A model generated the notes under the pieces. The model was not told where the DNA came from and did no database searches. It was given only the letters and a program-made list of their open reading frames with translations. Both the position numbers and the translations under genes were made by a program. DNA of 64,000 bases. Source: Clostridia bacterium. GTDB taxonomy: Bacteria; Bacillota; Clostridia; Christensenellales; CAG-138. Numbering within the stretch: position 1 is the stretch's first letter; each line of letters opens with the position of its first letter. The stretch lies in assembly GCA_017438865.1 (NCBI GenBank), contig JAFRUN010000063.1, positions 85,949-149,948 of the forward strand. The letters run 5' to 3'. This document shows positions 8,255 to 18,507 of the stretch, one piece after another.

Positions 8255-9641
8255 CAACAGTTATTCTGCCGTGATGGCGCGTAAAAACGAGATCATGAAG
8301 CGCGCCGTCGGAATGGACTACGATCTCTTTGAAAGCGGCTCCATTGCGTTCGATTACGAAGCGATGATGGCGGCGACCGGCTACACGCTCGACGCCGTCC
8401 GCAAGATCCAGACCGATGAATTCCAGATCGGGAACACGCCGCTTTACGAGCTCAAGAACCTGACCGCGCTGGCACGCGCCTGCGCACCCGCCGGAATGGG
8501 CGCACGGATCTTCGTCAAGGACGAGGCGTCCAACCTCTCCGGCAGCTTCAAGGTCCGCCGTGCCGCGACGAGCATCCATCAGGCAAAGAAGATGGGCTAT
8601 AAGGGCGTCATCTCCGCAACGTCGGGCAACTACGGCGCGGCGGTCGCCGCCTGTGCCGCAAAAGCGGGCCTGAAGTGCATCGTCGTGCAGGAGTGCTTCG
8701 ACTCCAAAGGCGTCGGTCAGCCGGAAATCATCGAGAAGGCGAGAAAGTGCGAAGCGCTCGGCGCGGAGGTCGTGCAGCTCACGGTCGGGCCGGAACTGTT
8801 CTATATGTTCCTGCGTATGCTCGAGGAAACGGGCTATTTCAACGCGTCGCTGTATACGCCGTTCGGCATCGCGGGCGTCGAAACGCTCGGCTATGAGATC
8901 GCACAGCAGTGCCGTCTGATGCTCGGCAGAGATCCGGACGTCGTCGTTTGCACGAACGCCGGCGGCGGCAATCTCACCGGCACCGCGCGCGGACTGCTGA
9001 AAGCCGGCTGCAAGTCGGAGGTCGTCGCCGCGAGCGTCAACCTCTCCGGTCTGCACATGGCGAGCGACCATCAGTTCAACCTGAAATCCTTCACGACCGG
9101 TCACACCGGCTTCGGTATGCCGTTCTCGACCTGGCCGGACCGCAGCGACGTTCCGAGAAGCGCCGCAAGACCGCTGCGCTACATGGACCGCTATGTGACC
9201 GTCAACCAGGGCGAGGTCTTCTATACCACGGAAATGCTCGCCGCGCTTGAGGGCATGGAAAAAGGTCCCGCCGGCAACACGTCCCTTGCGGCTGCGTTCG
9301 CGCTCTCGCAGACGATGCCGAAGGATAAGATCATCGTCGTGCAGGAGACCGAATACACCGGCGCGGGCAAACACGTCAACGCGCAGCTGAGCTTTGCGCG
9401 CAGCAACGGCATCGACATTTACTTCGGCAATCCGGAGGAGGAAGTCCCCGGCAAGAGCATCGTTCTTCCCTCCCACCCGTCGATGATCAAGGCGCGTTCC
9501 GCCGATATGACGCATCTGCGGTCCTCTTTGATCCGCAACGCGATCAAAATGACCGGCAAACAGCCGACGGACGCCGACGTCGACTTCCTTGCGGCGGAGA
9601 CGAAGACGAACAGAGAATTTGTAAAGGAGCATCTTGCATGA
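8247..9641 (+). CDS. ortB: 2-amino-4-ketopentanoate thiolase beta subunit (PLP-dependent)
   Basis: Tryptophan-synthase-beta-fold protein with PLP lysine context SGSFKVRRA and SSGNYG-like ATSGNYGAA. RBS GGAGG. Confidence 0.8.
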   Translation: MLDNSYSAVMARKNEIMKRAVGMDYDLFESGSIAFDYEAMMAATGYTLDAVRKIQTDEFQIGNTPLYELKNLTALARACAPAGMGARIFVKDEASNLSGSFKVRRAATSIHQAKKMGYKGVISATSGNYGAAVAACAAKAGLKCIVVQECFDSKGVGQPEIIEKARKCEALGAEVVQLTVGPELFYMFLRMLEETGYFNASLYTPFGIAGVETLGYEIAQQCRLMLGRDPDVVVCTNAGGGNLTGTARGLLKAGCKSEVVAASVNLSGLHMASDHQFNLKSFTTGHTGFGMPFSTWPDRSDVPRSAARPLRYMDRYVTVNQGEVFYTTEMLAALEGMEKGPAGNTSLAAAFALSQTMPKDKIIVVQETEYTGAGKHVNAQLSFARSNGIDIYFGNPEEEVPGKSIVLPSHPSMIKARSADMTHLRSSLIRNAIKMTGKQPTDADVDFLAAETKTNREFVKEHLA

Positions 9642-10003
9642 AACGCGACGACGATTTTGAAATTCGCAGAGAGCATCTGAAGGACCTTTCCGATGCGGAG
9701 CTCGAAACCCGTTTCTGGTCTTTGATCGAAGAGCTCATCGATCCGCTGCTGAAACTCGGTTATGAGAACACGACGCCCGCGATCGAACGCAGCGTGCTGC
9801 TGCGCATGGGATTCTCGTCCCTCGAAGCAAAGGCGCTCGTCGAGGGCTGCATGGAGCATAACCTGATGGAGCACGGCGCAGGCAACGTGGTTTACCGCCT
9901 GTCAAAGAAGGACGGCACCGATATCCGCACGGCGGGACTGAAACTGATGAATCAGGGCGCATGGGAAGAAGCCGAAGCGCTGTTCGGAGGTGAAAACGCA
10001 TGA
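9638..10003 (+). CDS. oraS: D-ornithine 4,5-aminomutase subunit S
   Basis: 121 aa with 4-nt overlaps to ortB and oraE. Typical small subunit preceding OraE. Confidence 0.8.
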   Translation: MKRDDDFEIRREHLKDLSDAELETRFWSLIEELIDPLLKLGYENTTPAIERSVLLRMGFSSLEAKALVEGCMEHNLMEHGAGNVVYRLSKKDGTDIRTAGLKLMNQGAWEEAEALFGGENA

Positions 10004-12231
10004 GCGAATATAAGCTGGACAAGGACACGAAGATCGACGTTGCCGAGATCCTGAAGGACCTCGAGCATTATCATCCCCGCCGCCGCGGCTGGACGTGGCG
10101 CGAGCCGGCCCCCGGTCTTCAGATGGGACCGTTCACCTACGAGGACGCCAGCAAGCCCTTAAAGGACAGCGTCGGACTTCCGCCCGCGCACTATTTCGGC
10201 GACATCGATCCCCAGCCGATCCCCGTCATCACGACCGAGATCGCATCCGGACGTTTTGAGGACGACATCCGCCGCATGCGCATGGCGGCGCACCACGGCG
10301 CAGACCACATCATGGTCATCCGTACCGCCGGACAGAGCCACTTCGACGGTCTGATCGAGGGTACGCCGCAGGGCATCGGCGGCGTTCCGGTCACCAGAAA
10401 GCAGGTACGCGCACAGCGCAAGGCGCTCGACATGATCGAAGATGAAGTCGGACGCCCGATCAACTATCACAGCTACGTTTCCGGCGTCGCAGGTCCCGAT
10501 ATCGCCGTCATGTTCGCCGAGGAAGGCGTGAACGGCGCGCATCAGGATCCGCAGTACAACGTTATCTACCGCAACATCAATATGGTCCGCTCGTTCGTCG
10601 ACGCCTGCGAGTCCAAGAAGGTCATGGCGTGGGCGGATATGGCGCAGATCGACGGCGCGCACAATGCGAACGCCACCGCGCGCGACGCATGGAAGGTCAT
10701 GCCGGAGCTGATGGTGCAGCACGGCATCAACGCGCTGATCTCCGCAAAGGTCGGCATGAAGAAAAAGAACATCTGTCTGTCCACCGTTCCCCCGACCGCG
10801 ACGCCCGGTCCGTGCATTCATATGGACCTGCCCTATGCGGTCGCGCTGCGCGATCTGTTCCACGAGTACCGTATGCGCGCGCAGATGAACACAAAGTATA
10901 TCGAGGCGTCCACGCGCGAAGCGACGGTCACCCATGTGCTCAATATGGTTATCAGTAAGCTGACCAGCGCGGATATCCAGAGTACGATCACGCCGGACGA
11001 AGGGCGCAACGTGCCGTGGCATATCTACAACATCGAGGCGTGCGATACCGCGAAACAGGCGCTCATCGGCATGGACGGTCTCATGGAGATGGTCGAGCTC
11101 AAAAAGGACGGCTATCTGCGTGAAAAGGCGCGCGAGCTCAAGGAACGTGCGATCCTGTTCCTCGAGAACATGATCGAGCTCGGCGGATACTTCAATTCCG
11201 TCGAGGAAGGGTTCTTTGTCGACAGCGGTATGTTCCCCGAGCGCAACGGCGACGGCATTTCGCGCAAGATCGACGGCGGCATCGGCGTCGGAACGGTCAT
11301 TAAGCGCGCTGCGGACTATTGCGCGCCGGTCACCGCGCATTACGGCTACAACAACGTCGCGCAGTACGATCCGGACGCGGTCGACGATCCTGCAAAGCTC
11401 ATCGGCGGCTGCACGTTCGAGTGTCCCGACAAGATCCAGTACATCGACGAACTCGACGAGACCGACAACGTCTATCTGCGCATGGACGAGGTCAAGGACT
11501 ATGCGGGACCGAATGCAAAGCTCATCAAACCCGAAATGGAATGGCTTGCGGACGGCACCGTGATGCTCACCATGTTCTTCCCCACCGACGTCCGTCATGC
11601 GGAAGCGGCGGCGCTCGAGATCGGCAAGCGCATGAACCTTGTTGATTGCGAAGTCATCAACCGCGAGATCATGCACCGCGCCGAGGGTACGCGCATCGAA
11701 ATGAAGGGCAAGGTCGCGTTCTCGATCAATATGGACGATCTGCAGCTCCCGACCGTTCCCGACGTTCTGAGCGACGACGAGCTTTGGGACGCGATCGACA
11801 AAAAGCCGATGCGCATCGTTGCGGGGACGATCGGCGACGACGAACATTCCGTCGGTCTCCGTGAGATCCTGAACATCAAGCACGGCGGCATCGAGAAGTA
11901 CGGTATCGAGTGCATCTACCTCGGCACCTCCGTCCCGCCCGAAAAGCTCGTGCAGGCGGCGATCGAAACGAACGCGGACGCCATGCTTGCGTCGTGCATC
12001 ATCTCGCATGACGATATTCACTACAAGAACATCGCCAAGGTCGACCGCATCGCCCGCGAAATGGGCGTGCGCGACAAGCTGATGTTCGTCGCGGGCGGTA
12101 CGCAGGTCACCGACGAAGGCGCGCGCGAAGCGGGCGCGGACGTCGGCTTCGGACGCGGTTCGCACGGCAACCACGTCGCCACATTCCTCGTAAAGGAACG
12201 CGCAAGAAGAGAACAGCAGAATGCACGTTAA
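10000..12231 (+). CDS. oraE: D-ornithine 4,5-aminomutase subunit E (B12- and PLP-dependent)
   Basis: 743 aa. C-terminal cobalamin-binding DxHxxG motif (GDDEHSVGL) and lysine/ornithine aminomutase-like TIM-barrel region. Confidence 0.9.
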   Translation: MSEYKLDKDTKIDVAEILKDLEHYHPRRRGWTWREPAPGLQMGPFTYEDASKPLKDSVGLPPAHYFGDIDPQPIPVITTEIASGRFEDDIRRMRMAAHHGADHIMVIRTAGQSHFDGLIEGTPQGIGGVPVTRKQVRAQRKALDMIEDEVGRPINYHSYVSGVAGPDIAVMFAEEGVNGAHQDPQYNVIYRNINMVRSFVDACESKKVMAWADMAQIDGAHNANATARDAWKVMPELMVQHGINALISAKVGMKKKNICLSTVPPTATPGPCIHMDLPYAVALRDLFHEYRMRAQMNTKYIEASTREATVTHVLNMVISKLTSADIQSTITPDEGRNVPWHIYNIEACDTAKQALIGMDGLMEMVELKKDGYLREKARELKERAILFLENMIELGGYFNSVEEGFFVDSGMFPERNGDGISRKIDGGIGVGTVIKRAADYCAPVTAHYGYNNVAQYDPDAVDDPAKLIGGCTFECPDKIQYIDELDETDNVYLRMDEVKDYAGPNAKLIKPEMEWLADGTVMLTMFFPTDVRHAEAAALEIGKRMNLVDCEVINREIMHRAEGTRIEMKGKVAFSINMDDLQLPTVPDVLSDDELWDAIDKKPMRIVAGTIGDDEHSVGLREILNIKHGGIEKYGIECIYLGTSVPPEKLVQAAIETNADAMLASCIISHDDIHYKNIAKVDRIAREMGVRDKLMFVAGGTQVTDEGAREAGADVGFGRGSHGNHVATFLVKERARREQQNAR

Positions 12232-13597
12232 CGTACTGGTAGCGGAAATCGGATCGACAACGACGATCGTCAACGCATTCGACGGTCTCGGTTCGGCGTC
12301 GCCTCGCTTCGTCGCGCAGGGCAAAGCGCCCACGACGGTTCTGGACGGCGACGTCCGGATCGGGCTGAAAAATGCCGTTGACGATCTTCTTTCGCATACC
12401 GGCGAGCATACGCTGACCTACGACCGTATGCTCGCTTCCGGCTCTGCGGCGGGCGGGCTGCGCATGACCGTGCACGGACTTGTGCGCGATATGACGGTTC
12501 GCGCCGCGGAGGCCGCGGCGCTGGGCGCCGGCGCGATCATCGTGCAGACGACCGCCGGAAAGATGAACGAGTTCGATCTCGACGACCTCGACGCCGCGCG
12601 TCCGAACCTTATTCTGCTTGCCGGCGGGACCGATTACGGCGAACGCGAGACCGCTGTCTACAATATGCGCGCGATCGCCGGAAGCGGACGCAAAACGCCA
12701 GTGATCTATTGCGGCAACGTACAGAACCGGACGATCGTTTCCCGTATCGCAGAAGAAAACGGCATTCCGCTTTCCATTGCGGACAATGTCTATCCGCGGC
12801 TCGACGAGCTGAACGTGGAATTCGTGCGCAAGGTCATTCACGCCATGTTCGAGAAGCACATCGTGAACGCGCCCGGCATGGAGCATATCCGCGACATGGT
12901 AAACGGTTCGATCCTGCCCACGCCCGGCAGCGTGATGCTTGCGTCGCAGCTTCTGTACGACGAGATCGGCGATCTTGCCGTGATCGACATCGGCGGCGCG
13001 ACGACGGACGTGCATTCCGTGACCGACGGCTCCCCCGATATCGTTTCGATGATGACTTCGCCCGAACCGAAGGCGAAGCGAACGGTCGAGGGCGATCTCG
13101 GACTCTATATCAATGCACACAATCTTGTCGATCGTCTCGGCGCAGACGCGCTGAACAGGGAGCTCGGTATCGACACGGAAGCGGTCATGCGGGATTACAA
13201 GCCGATCCCGGAGACGGAGACGCAGTTCCGGCTCACCGAACGTCTTTGCCTTGAGGCGGGACTTGTCGCGCTCGACCGCCATGCGGGAAAGCTCCGGCAT
13301 CTCTATACGCCGCAGGGACGGCGGACGATCGCCGAAGGAAAGGACCTTTCTGCGATCCGCTGGATCGTCGGCACCGGCGGCGCGCTGACGCGGCTTCCGC
13401 ATCATGAAAGCATTTTGCGGACGATCGCCGACTGCAACAAGAACCGGATGCAGCTGCTTCCGACACCGGGGACCGCCAAAGTCCTGTTCGACAACGATTA
13501 CATCATGGCGTCGGTCGGCGTCCTGTCCAAAGAGGATCCCGAATCCGCGCTGCGTCTTCTGAAGGAGAGTATCCGATGGAACGAAATCCGAAACTGA
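12221..13597 (+). CDS. GlmL/MutL-like protein, putative aminomutase reactivase
   Basis: ASKHA-fold-like N-terminus VLVAEIGSTTT and a second DIGGATTD phosphate motif. Sits between oraE and orr as in known ornithine clusters. Confidence 0.7.
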   Translation: MHVNVLVAEIGSTTTIVNAFDGLGSASPRFVAQGKAPTTVLDGDVRIGLKNAVDDLLSHTGEHTLTYDRMLASGSAAGGLRMTVHGLVRDMTVRAAEAAALGAGAIIVQTTAGKMNEFDLDDLDAARPNLILLAGGTDYGERETAVYNMRAIAGSGRKTPVIYCGNVQNRTIVSRIAEENGIPLSIADNVYPRLDELNVEFVRKVIHAMFEKHIVNAPGMEHIRDMVNGSILPTPGSVMLASQLLYDEIGDLAVIDIGGATTDVHSVTDGSPDIVSMMTSPEPKAKRTVEGDLGLYINAHNLVDRLGADALNRELGIDTEAVMRDYKPIPETETQFRLTERLCLEAGLVALDRHAGKLRHLYTPQGRRTIAEGKDLSAIRWIVGTGGALTRLPHHESILRTIADCNKNRMQLLPTPGTAKVLFDNDYIMASVGVLSKEDPESALRLLKESIRWNEIRN

Positions 13598-14646
13598 TTA
13601 TTCATCGGCAAAAGCTGCTGCACAACATGCGCACGCTTGTCGGCGCGGCGCACCGGCAGGGCGTTGCGATCGCGCTTGTTTCCAAAGTCGTCTGCGCGCA
13701 TCCCGCCGTGATCGACTGCATCGATCGGAGCGGATGCGATATGCTGGCGGATTCGCGGATCGAGAACCTCGACCGTGCGAAGACCGATCTTCCGAAACTG
13801 ATGCTTCGCATCGGTATGCCGGAAGCGGCGGAAGAGATCGTCCGTGCATCCGACATCAGTCTGGAAAGCGAGATCGACACGATCCTTGCGCTTGAAAAGG
13901 CAGCCGCAAAGCGCGGCAGGACGCACCGCGTGATCCTGATGATCGACCTCGGCGATCTTCGGGAAGGCGTTTTCTTTAAGGATTGGGATCGGATCCTTGA
14001 AACCGCGCAGACGGTGAAAGCATGCCCGCATCTCGAACTTTACGGCACGGGCACGAACCTGACCTGTTACGGTTCGGTCCTGCCGGATTCCGAAAACCTC
14101 GGCACACTCGTTTCGATCACCGGGCGTCTCAGAAAAGAGCTTTCCCTCCCCATCCCCGTCATTTCGGGCGGCAACAGCACTTCTTTGCGGCTTCTGCTTG
14201 ACGGAACGCTTCCGAAGGGGATCAATCATCTTCGGCTCGGCGAGTCCGCGATGTGCGGGATGATTCCCGGAACATACACGCCGATCGAAGGGTGTTATCA
14301 GGATGCGTTTCAGATCGACGCCACGCTTGCCGAATGCAAGATGAAGCCGTCCTATCCGATCGGAACGCTGAGCAGAAACGCGTTCGGCGAAACGGTCGAA
14401 TACGTCGATAAGGGCATGATGCTGCGCGGGATCGCCGCGATCGGCAGGCAGGACGTGCGGACGGACGGATTGACGCCGATCGATCCGAACGTTGAGATCA
14501 TCGGGGCAAGCTCCGATCATCTTTTGCTGGATCTGACAAAGGTGCAGGCGTATCGCGTCGGCGACACGGTCTCCTTTACGCCGGATTACGGCGCGCTGCT
14601 TGCCGCGAGCACGAGCCCCTATGTCTCCAAAGAGGTCGCGGACTGA
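13576..14646 (+). CDS. orr: Ornithine racemase (alanine-racemase-fold)
   Basis: 356 aa with a PLP-barrel N-terminal-domain-like sequence. Last gene of the ord-ort-ora cluster. RBS GAAGGAG. Confidence 0.7.
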   Translation: MERNPKLIIHRQKLLHNMRTLVGAAHRQGVAIALVSKVVCAHPAVIDCIDRSGCDMLADSRIENLDRAKTDLPKLMLRIGMPEAAEEIVRASDISLESEIDTILALEKAAAKRGRTHRVILMIDLGDLREGVFFKDWDRILETAQTVKACPHLELYGTGTNLTCYGSVLPDSENLGTLVSITGRLRKELSLPIPVISGGNSTSLRLLLDGTLPKGINHLRLGESAMCGMIPGTYTPIEGCYQDAFQIDATLAECKMKPSYPIGTLSRNAFGETVEYVDKGMMLRGIAAIGRQDVRTDGLTPIDPNVEIIGASSDHLLLDLTKVQAYRVGDTVSFTPDYGALLAASTSPYVSKEVAD

Positions 14647-15380
14647 TGGAACCATTACAGTACAAGGTCCATTCCGTCGACTCGGTCAAATCTACGAATT
14701 CCACGGTAAAAGCGCTTGCCAGGGATGGCGCGCCGGAGGGATATGTGCTTGTCGCCTCCTCGCAGACGAACGGCCGCGGACGGCTGAACCGCGTGTTTTT
14801 CTCTCCGAAAGGGACCGGTCTTTACATGTCGATCCTCCTCCGCCCCGGCTGTATGCTGCCGCCGTATGCGCTGACCTGCATGAGCGCCGTCGCGCTGTGC
14901 GACACGATCGGGGATTACAGGATCGATCCCGGCATCAAGTGGGTGAACGACGTTTTTGTGCAGAATAAAAAAGCCGCGGGGATCCTCGTGGAAAGCGCGA
15001 TGGATCAGGACGGCAGCTTTTTGTACGCGGTCGTCGGGATCGGCGTGAATCTTTTTCCGCCCGAGGGCGGTTTTCCGGCGGGCATTGCGGATACCGCGAC
15101 GGCGCTTTTCCCGTCCGCTCCGGACGAAGAATTGCGGAAACAGTTTCTGAGGCGGTTTCTTCTGCGGTTCAAACGGTATTATGAACAGCTTCCCGGGATC
15201 ACGTTTTTTGATTCGTACCGCGAGCGCCTCATCGGGATCGGGACGAAAGTGCTTGTTTCCGAACCGGACGGTATGCGGTACGGCACGTCCGTCGGCATTG
15301 ACCGCGATTTTCGTTTGATCGTGCGCTACGACGACGGAAGCAGCGCTTCGCTCGACCGCGGAGACGTAACGCTCCTGTAA
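14646..15380 (+). CDS. birA: Biotin--[acetyl-CoA-carboxylase] ligase, group I (no N-terminal HTH)
   Basis: GRGRLNRVFFSPKG biotin-binding motif and KWVNDV. 244 aa, so the repressor domain is absent. The ATG overlaps the orr stop by 1 nt. Confidence 0.85.
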   Translation: MEPLQYKVHSVDSVKSTNSTVKALARDGAPEGYVLVASSQTNGRGRLNRVFFSPKGTGLYMSILLRPGCMLPPYALTCMSAVALCDTIGDYRIDPGIKWVNDVFVQNKKAAGILVESAMDQDGSFLYAVVGIGVNLFPPEGGFPAGIADTATALFPSAPDEELRKQFLRRFLLRFKRYYEQLPGITFFDSYRERLIGIGTKVLVSEPDGMRYGTSVGIDRDFRLIVRYDDGSSASLDRGDVTLL

Positions 15381-15410
15381 ACAAGCACCCGGATCGGGTG
15401 CTTGTTTTTA
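15379..15410. terminator. Bidirectional terminator between birA and the convergent amidohydrolase gene
   Basis: ACAAGCACCC ggatc GGGTGCTTGT flanked by an A-run and a T-run. Confidence 0.75.
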
Positions 15411-16760
15411 TAATGCGGATAAGAACCGGTTCAGTTCGTTTTTTGAAAGACGCAGAAGGGCCTCTTCGTCGAGCTTTGTTAGCTTTCCGTCCGAAACCGT
15501 GCATTCGCCGTTGACAAACACCAGATCGCACGGCTTGTGATATCCGACGTTTCCGAACAGATTCATCGGATCGTCGATCGCACACAACAGATCGGTTGAA
15601 TCCCTTCGGATCGCAAACACGTCGGCGGCCTTGCCGACTTCGATCGAGCCGATATCGTTCCTTCCCAGAACAGCCGCGCCTCCTCGGGTGGCGAGCTTCA
15701 GGATCCCGTACCCGCCCGGTGCGCGATTTCCCCGGACGAGCCGGTGAACAAGGTATGCGGCGCGCATCTCGTCCATCAGATTCGATCCGTCGTTGCTGGC
15801 GGAACCGTCCACGGCAAGTCCGACCGTGATCTCGCGGTCGAGCATATCGGGCAGACGCATGACGCCGCTCGACAGCTTCATGTTCGAGACCGGACAATGC
15901 GCGATCTTCGTTCCGGTCGCCGCGATCTCGTCGAGCTCGGCATCGTTGAAATGAATGCCGTGCGCGAAAAAAACGTCGCTGCCGGTCCAGCCGAGCGATT
16001 CAAGGTGATCGAACGGACGCTTTCCGAACGCGGAGAGCGTATACTTCTCCTCGTCCTTCGTTTCGCAGAGGTGCGTATGGAGCTGCACCCCGTACTGTCT
16101 TGCCAGAACGGCGGATTCTCGATAGAGCGGCGCGGACGCGGAAAACGGCGAGCACGGCGCAACAACCACCCGCCGCATGGAGTACTTCTCTCCGTCGTGA
16201 TACGTCCTGATCGCGTTTTCGCTGTCCTTCAGGATCTCGTCGACGCTCTGAACGACGGAGTCGGGCGGCAGTCCCCCATCCTTTTCCGAAAGGTCCATGC
16301 TTCCGCGCGAAGCGTGCATGCGGATGCCGAGCGTTTTCGCCGCCTCGAACTGCGCGCCGAGGAGATCGCCGCAGTCCTTCGGAAATACATAATGGTGGTC
16401 GAAGCAAGTCGTGCAGCCGTAACGCATCAGCTCCGCCATACCGGCGCAGGAACTGAGAAACACGGTCTTTTCGTTCAGGTTTTTCCAGACGCCGTACAGC
16501 GCCTTCAGCCAGTCGAACAGCTCGTAATCCTGCACCTTTCTGAGATTGCGCGTGAAATACTGGTACAGATGATGATGCACGTTGATCAGTCCCGGATAAA
16601 CGATCATGCCCGTGCAGTCGAATTCTTTGTCGGGTGTGCGTCCGTCCGCCCCGATCCGGACGATTTCCCCGTTTTCAAACCACAGATCGGTATCGTGAAA
16701 GACCTGATCCCCGTTATCGCAGGTCACAACGGTGTCGATGTTTTTCAGACGCGTCAGCAA
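15408..16760 (-). CDS. Amidohydrolase superfamily protein, 8-oxoguanine-deaminase-like
   Basis: Metal-binding GLINVHHHLYQYFTR, internal HTHLCE and C-terminal DG.ASND-like motifs typical of the COG0402 deaminases. Confidence 0.75.
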   Translation of the reverse strand: MLTRLKNIDTVVTCDNGDQVFHDTDLWFENGEIVRIGADGRTPDKEFDCTGMIVYPGLINVHHHLYQYFTRNLRKVQDYELFDWLKALYGVWKNLNEKTVFLSSCAGMAELMRYGCTTCFDHHYVFPKDCGDLLGAQFEAAKTLGIRMHASRGSMDLSEKDGGLPPDSVVQSVDEILKDSENAIRTYHDGEKYSMRRVVVAPCSPFSASAPLYRESAVLARQYGVQLHTHLCETKDEEKYTLSAFGKRPFDHLESLGWTGSDVFFAHGIHFNDAELDEIAATGTKIAHCPVSNMKLSSGVMRLPDMLDREITVGLAVDGSASNDGSNLMDEMRAAYLVHRLVRGNRAPGGYGILKLATRGGAAVLGRNDIGSIEVGKAADVFAIRRDSTDLLCAIDDPMNLFGNVGYHKPCDLVFVNGECTVSDGKLTKLDEEALLRLSKNELNRFLSAL

Positions 16761-16795
16761 TGCGGATCACCTCCGTTTTGATTATAACAAACCGC

Positions 16796-16824
16796 TTGAA
16801 AAAAGAACAGACCTAATGTATACT
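16796..16824 (+). promoter_or_regulatory. Sigma-A-like promoter for ecfA1
   Basis: TTGAAA (16796-16801), 17 nt spacer, TATACT (16819-16824). Confidence 0.6.
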
Positions 16825-16852
16825 GTACGGAGAAAATTCATCGGAGCATGAA

Positions 16853-17671
16853 ATGATTCGTTTCGACAACGTTACTTTTCAATATGAAAAAGCGTTCTCG
16901 CCCGCGCTCTCGGATATCTGCCTTGAGATCAGGCAGGGTGAATTTGTCGCGATCGTCGGGCACAACGGAAGCGGAAAGAGCACGCTGGCAAAGCATATCA
17001 ACGGTTTGCTGCTGCCCGTAAAAGGCACGGTTTCCGTTTGCGGCATGCCGACATCTGACGAGGAGAATATCCTGAAGATCCGGCAAAAGGTCGGCATGGC
17101 GTTTCAGAATCCGGACAATCAGCTTGTGACGACCGTTGTGGAAGAAGACGTTGCGTTCGGCCCTGAAAATCTCGGTGTGGATCCGGACGAGATCCGCGCG
17201 CGCGTCGACGAGGCGCTTGCCTCCGTCGGCATGACCGACTATGCGACGTTCGCCGTGCATCACCTGTCCGGCGGACAAAAGCAGCGGATCGCGATCGCCG
17301 GCATCCTTGCGCTGAAGCCGCAGGTACTCGTGCTGGACGAGGCGAGCGCCATGCTGGATCCGAGCGGGCGCGCGGAGCTTCTGGAAACGATCGAAAAGCT
17401 GCACAGGGAAGGCATGACCGTCGTCATGGTCACGCAGTACATGGAAGAAACGACCGGGTGCGACCGTGTGATCGTCATGAAAGGCGGACGCATTGTGCTT
17501 GAGGGAACGCCCGCCGAGGTATTCCGGCACACCGACATTCTGCTGGACAGCAATCTTGTGCCGCCGGAAACGGTTGCGGTGCGCGACGCGCTGAAAGAAA
17601 TGGGATACGCCCTGTCCGACGACGTTCTGACAGCCAATCGGCTTGCGGAGGAATTATGTCCGTTGTTATAA
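16853..17671 (+). CDS. ecfA1: ECF transporter ATPase EcfA1
   Basis: Walker A GHNGSGKST, signature LSGGQKQR, Walker B LVLDEA. First gene of the ecfA-ecfA-ecfT triad. Confidence 0.92.
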   Translation: MIRFDNVTFQYEKAFSPALSDICLEIRQGEFVAIVGHNGSGKSTLAKHINGLLLPVKGTVSVCGMPTSDEENILKIRQKVGMAFQNPDNQLVTTVVEEDVAFGPENLGVDPDEIRARVDEALASVGMTDYATFAVHHLSGGQKQRIAIAGILALKPQVLVLDEASAMLDPSGRAELLETIEKLHREGMTVVMVTQYMEETTGCDRVIVMKGGRIVLEGTPAEVFRHTDILLDSNLVPPETVAVRDALKEMGYALSDDVLTANRLAEELCPLL

Positions 17672-18507
17672 ACCACCTGACTTTTGCATATACGCAGGGC
17701 GGAAAGCCCCTTGAACCGACGCTTGTCGATCTCGATTTTACGATCGAAGAGGGCTCTTTTCTGGGTATCATCGGGCACACCGGCAGCGGCAAATCCACGT
17801 TCGTGAGGCATCTGAACGGTCTTCTGCCGTGCGAAAAGGGCGCCGTCGTCGTGGACGGGCACGACCTTTCCGTCAAGGCGGAGCGGAAAACGGTCCGCTC
17901 GCTCGTCGGCATGGTTTTTCAGTATCCCGAATATCAGCTTTTTGCGGACACGGTGTTTGAGGACGTCGCGTTCGGTCCGCGGAACATGAAGCTGGACGAA
18001 GCCGAAGTAAAGAATCGCGTGCAGAACGCCATGACGCTGGTCGGGCTCGATCCGGAACGCTTCTCCGCTCGCTCCCCCTTCGACCTTTCCGGCGGCGAAC
18101 GCCGCAGAGCCGCGATCGCGGGCGTGCTCGCCATGCATCCGAAATATCTTGTTCTGGATGAGCCGATGGCGGGACTCGATCCGCTCGGCAGACGCGAGAT
18201 CCTTGCGCTGCTCGAAAAACTGCGGACGGAATCCGGCTGCACGATCATCATGATCTCGCATTCGATGGACGATATCGCGAACCATGCAACGAAAGTCCTT
18301 GTGCTCGAAAAAGGACGCGTCTGCATGTACGACACGCCGCAGAATGTGTTTGCGCGCGCCGAAGAGCTGCAGAAGATCGGTCTGTCCGTCCCGGCTGTCA
18401 CAAAGCTGTGCATCGAGATGAACCGGCGCGGCGCGTCCGTGCCGGCCTCCATCTGTACGAGAGAGGCGTTTTTGAACTGGATCCGGGAGGAAAAGAAGCA
18501 TGCGTGA
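17656..18507 (+). CDS. ecfA2: ECF transporter ATPase EcfA2
   Basis: Walker A GHTGSGKST, signature LSGGERRR, Walker B LVLDEP. Confidence 0.92.
   Translation: MSVVINHLTFAYTQGGKPLEPTLVDLDFTIEEGSFLGIIGHTGSGKSTFVRHLNGLLPCEKGAVVVDGHDLSVKAERKTVRSLVGMVFQYPEYQLFADTVFEDVAFGPRNMKLDEAEVKNRVQNAMTLVGLDPERFSARSPFDLSGGERRRAAIAGVLAMHPKYLVLDEPMAGLDPLGRREILALLEKLRTESGCTIIMISHSMDDIANHATKVLVLEKGRVCMYDTPQNVFARAEELQKIGLSVPAVTKLCIEMNRRGASVPASICTREAFLNWIREEKKHA

Noticed and set aside
10159-12333. 724-aa ORF on the minus strand
   Set aside because: It is entirely antisense to oraE, which has clear B12-binding and aminomutase motifs. Its product is Arg/Asp/Val/His-rich low-complexity sequence with no motifs. Long antisense ORFs are expected in high-GC genes with GC-rich third positions.
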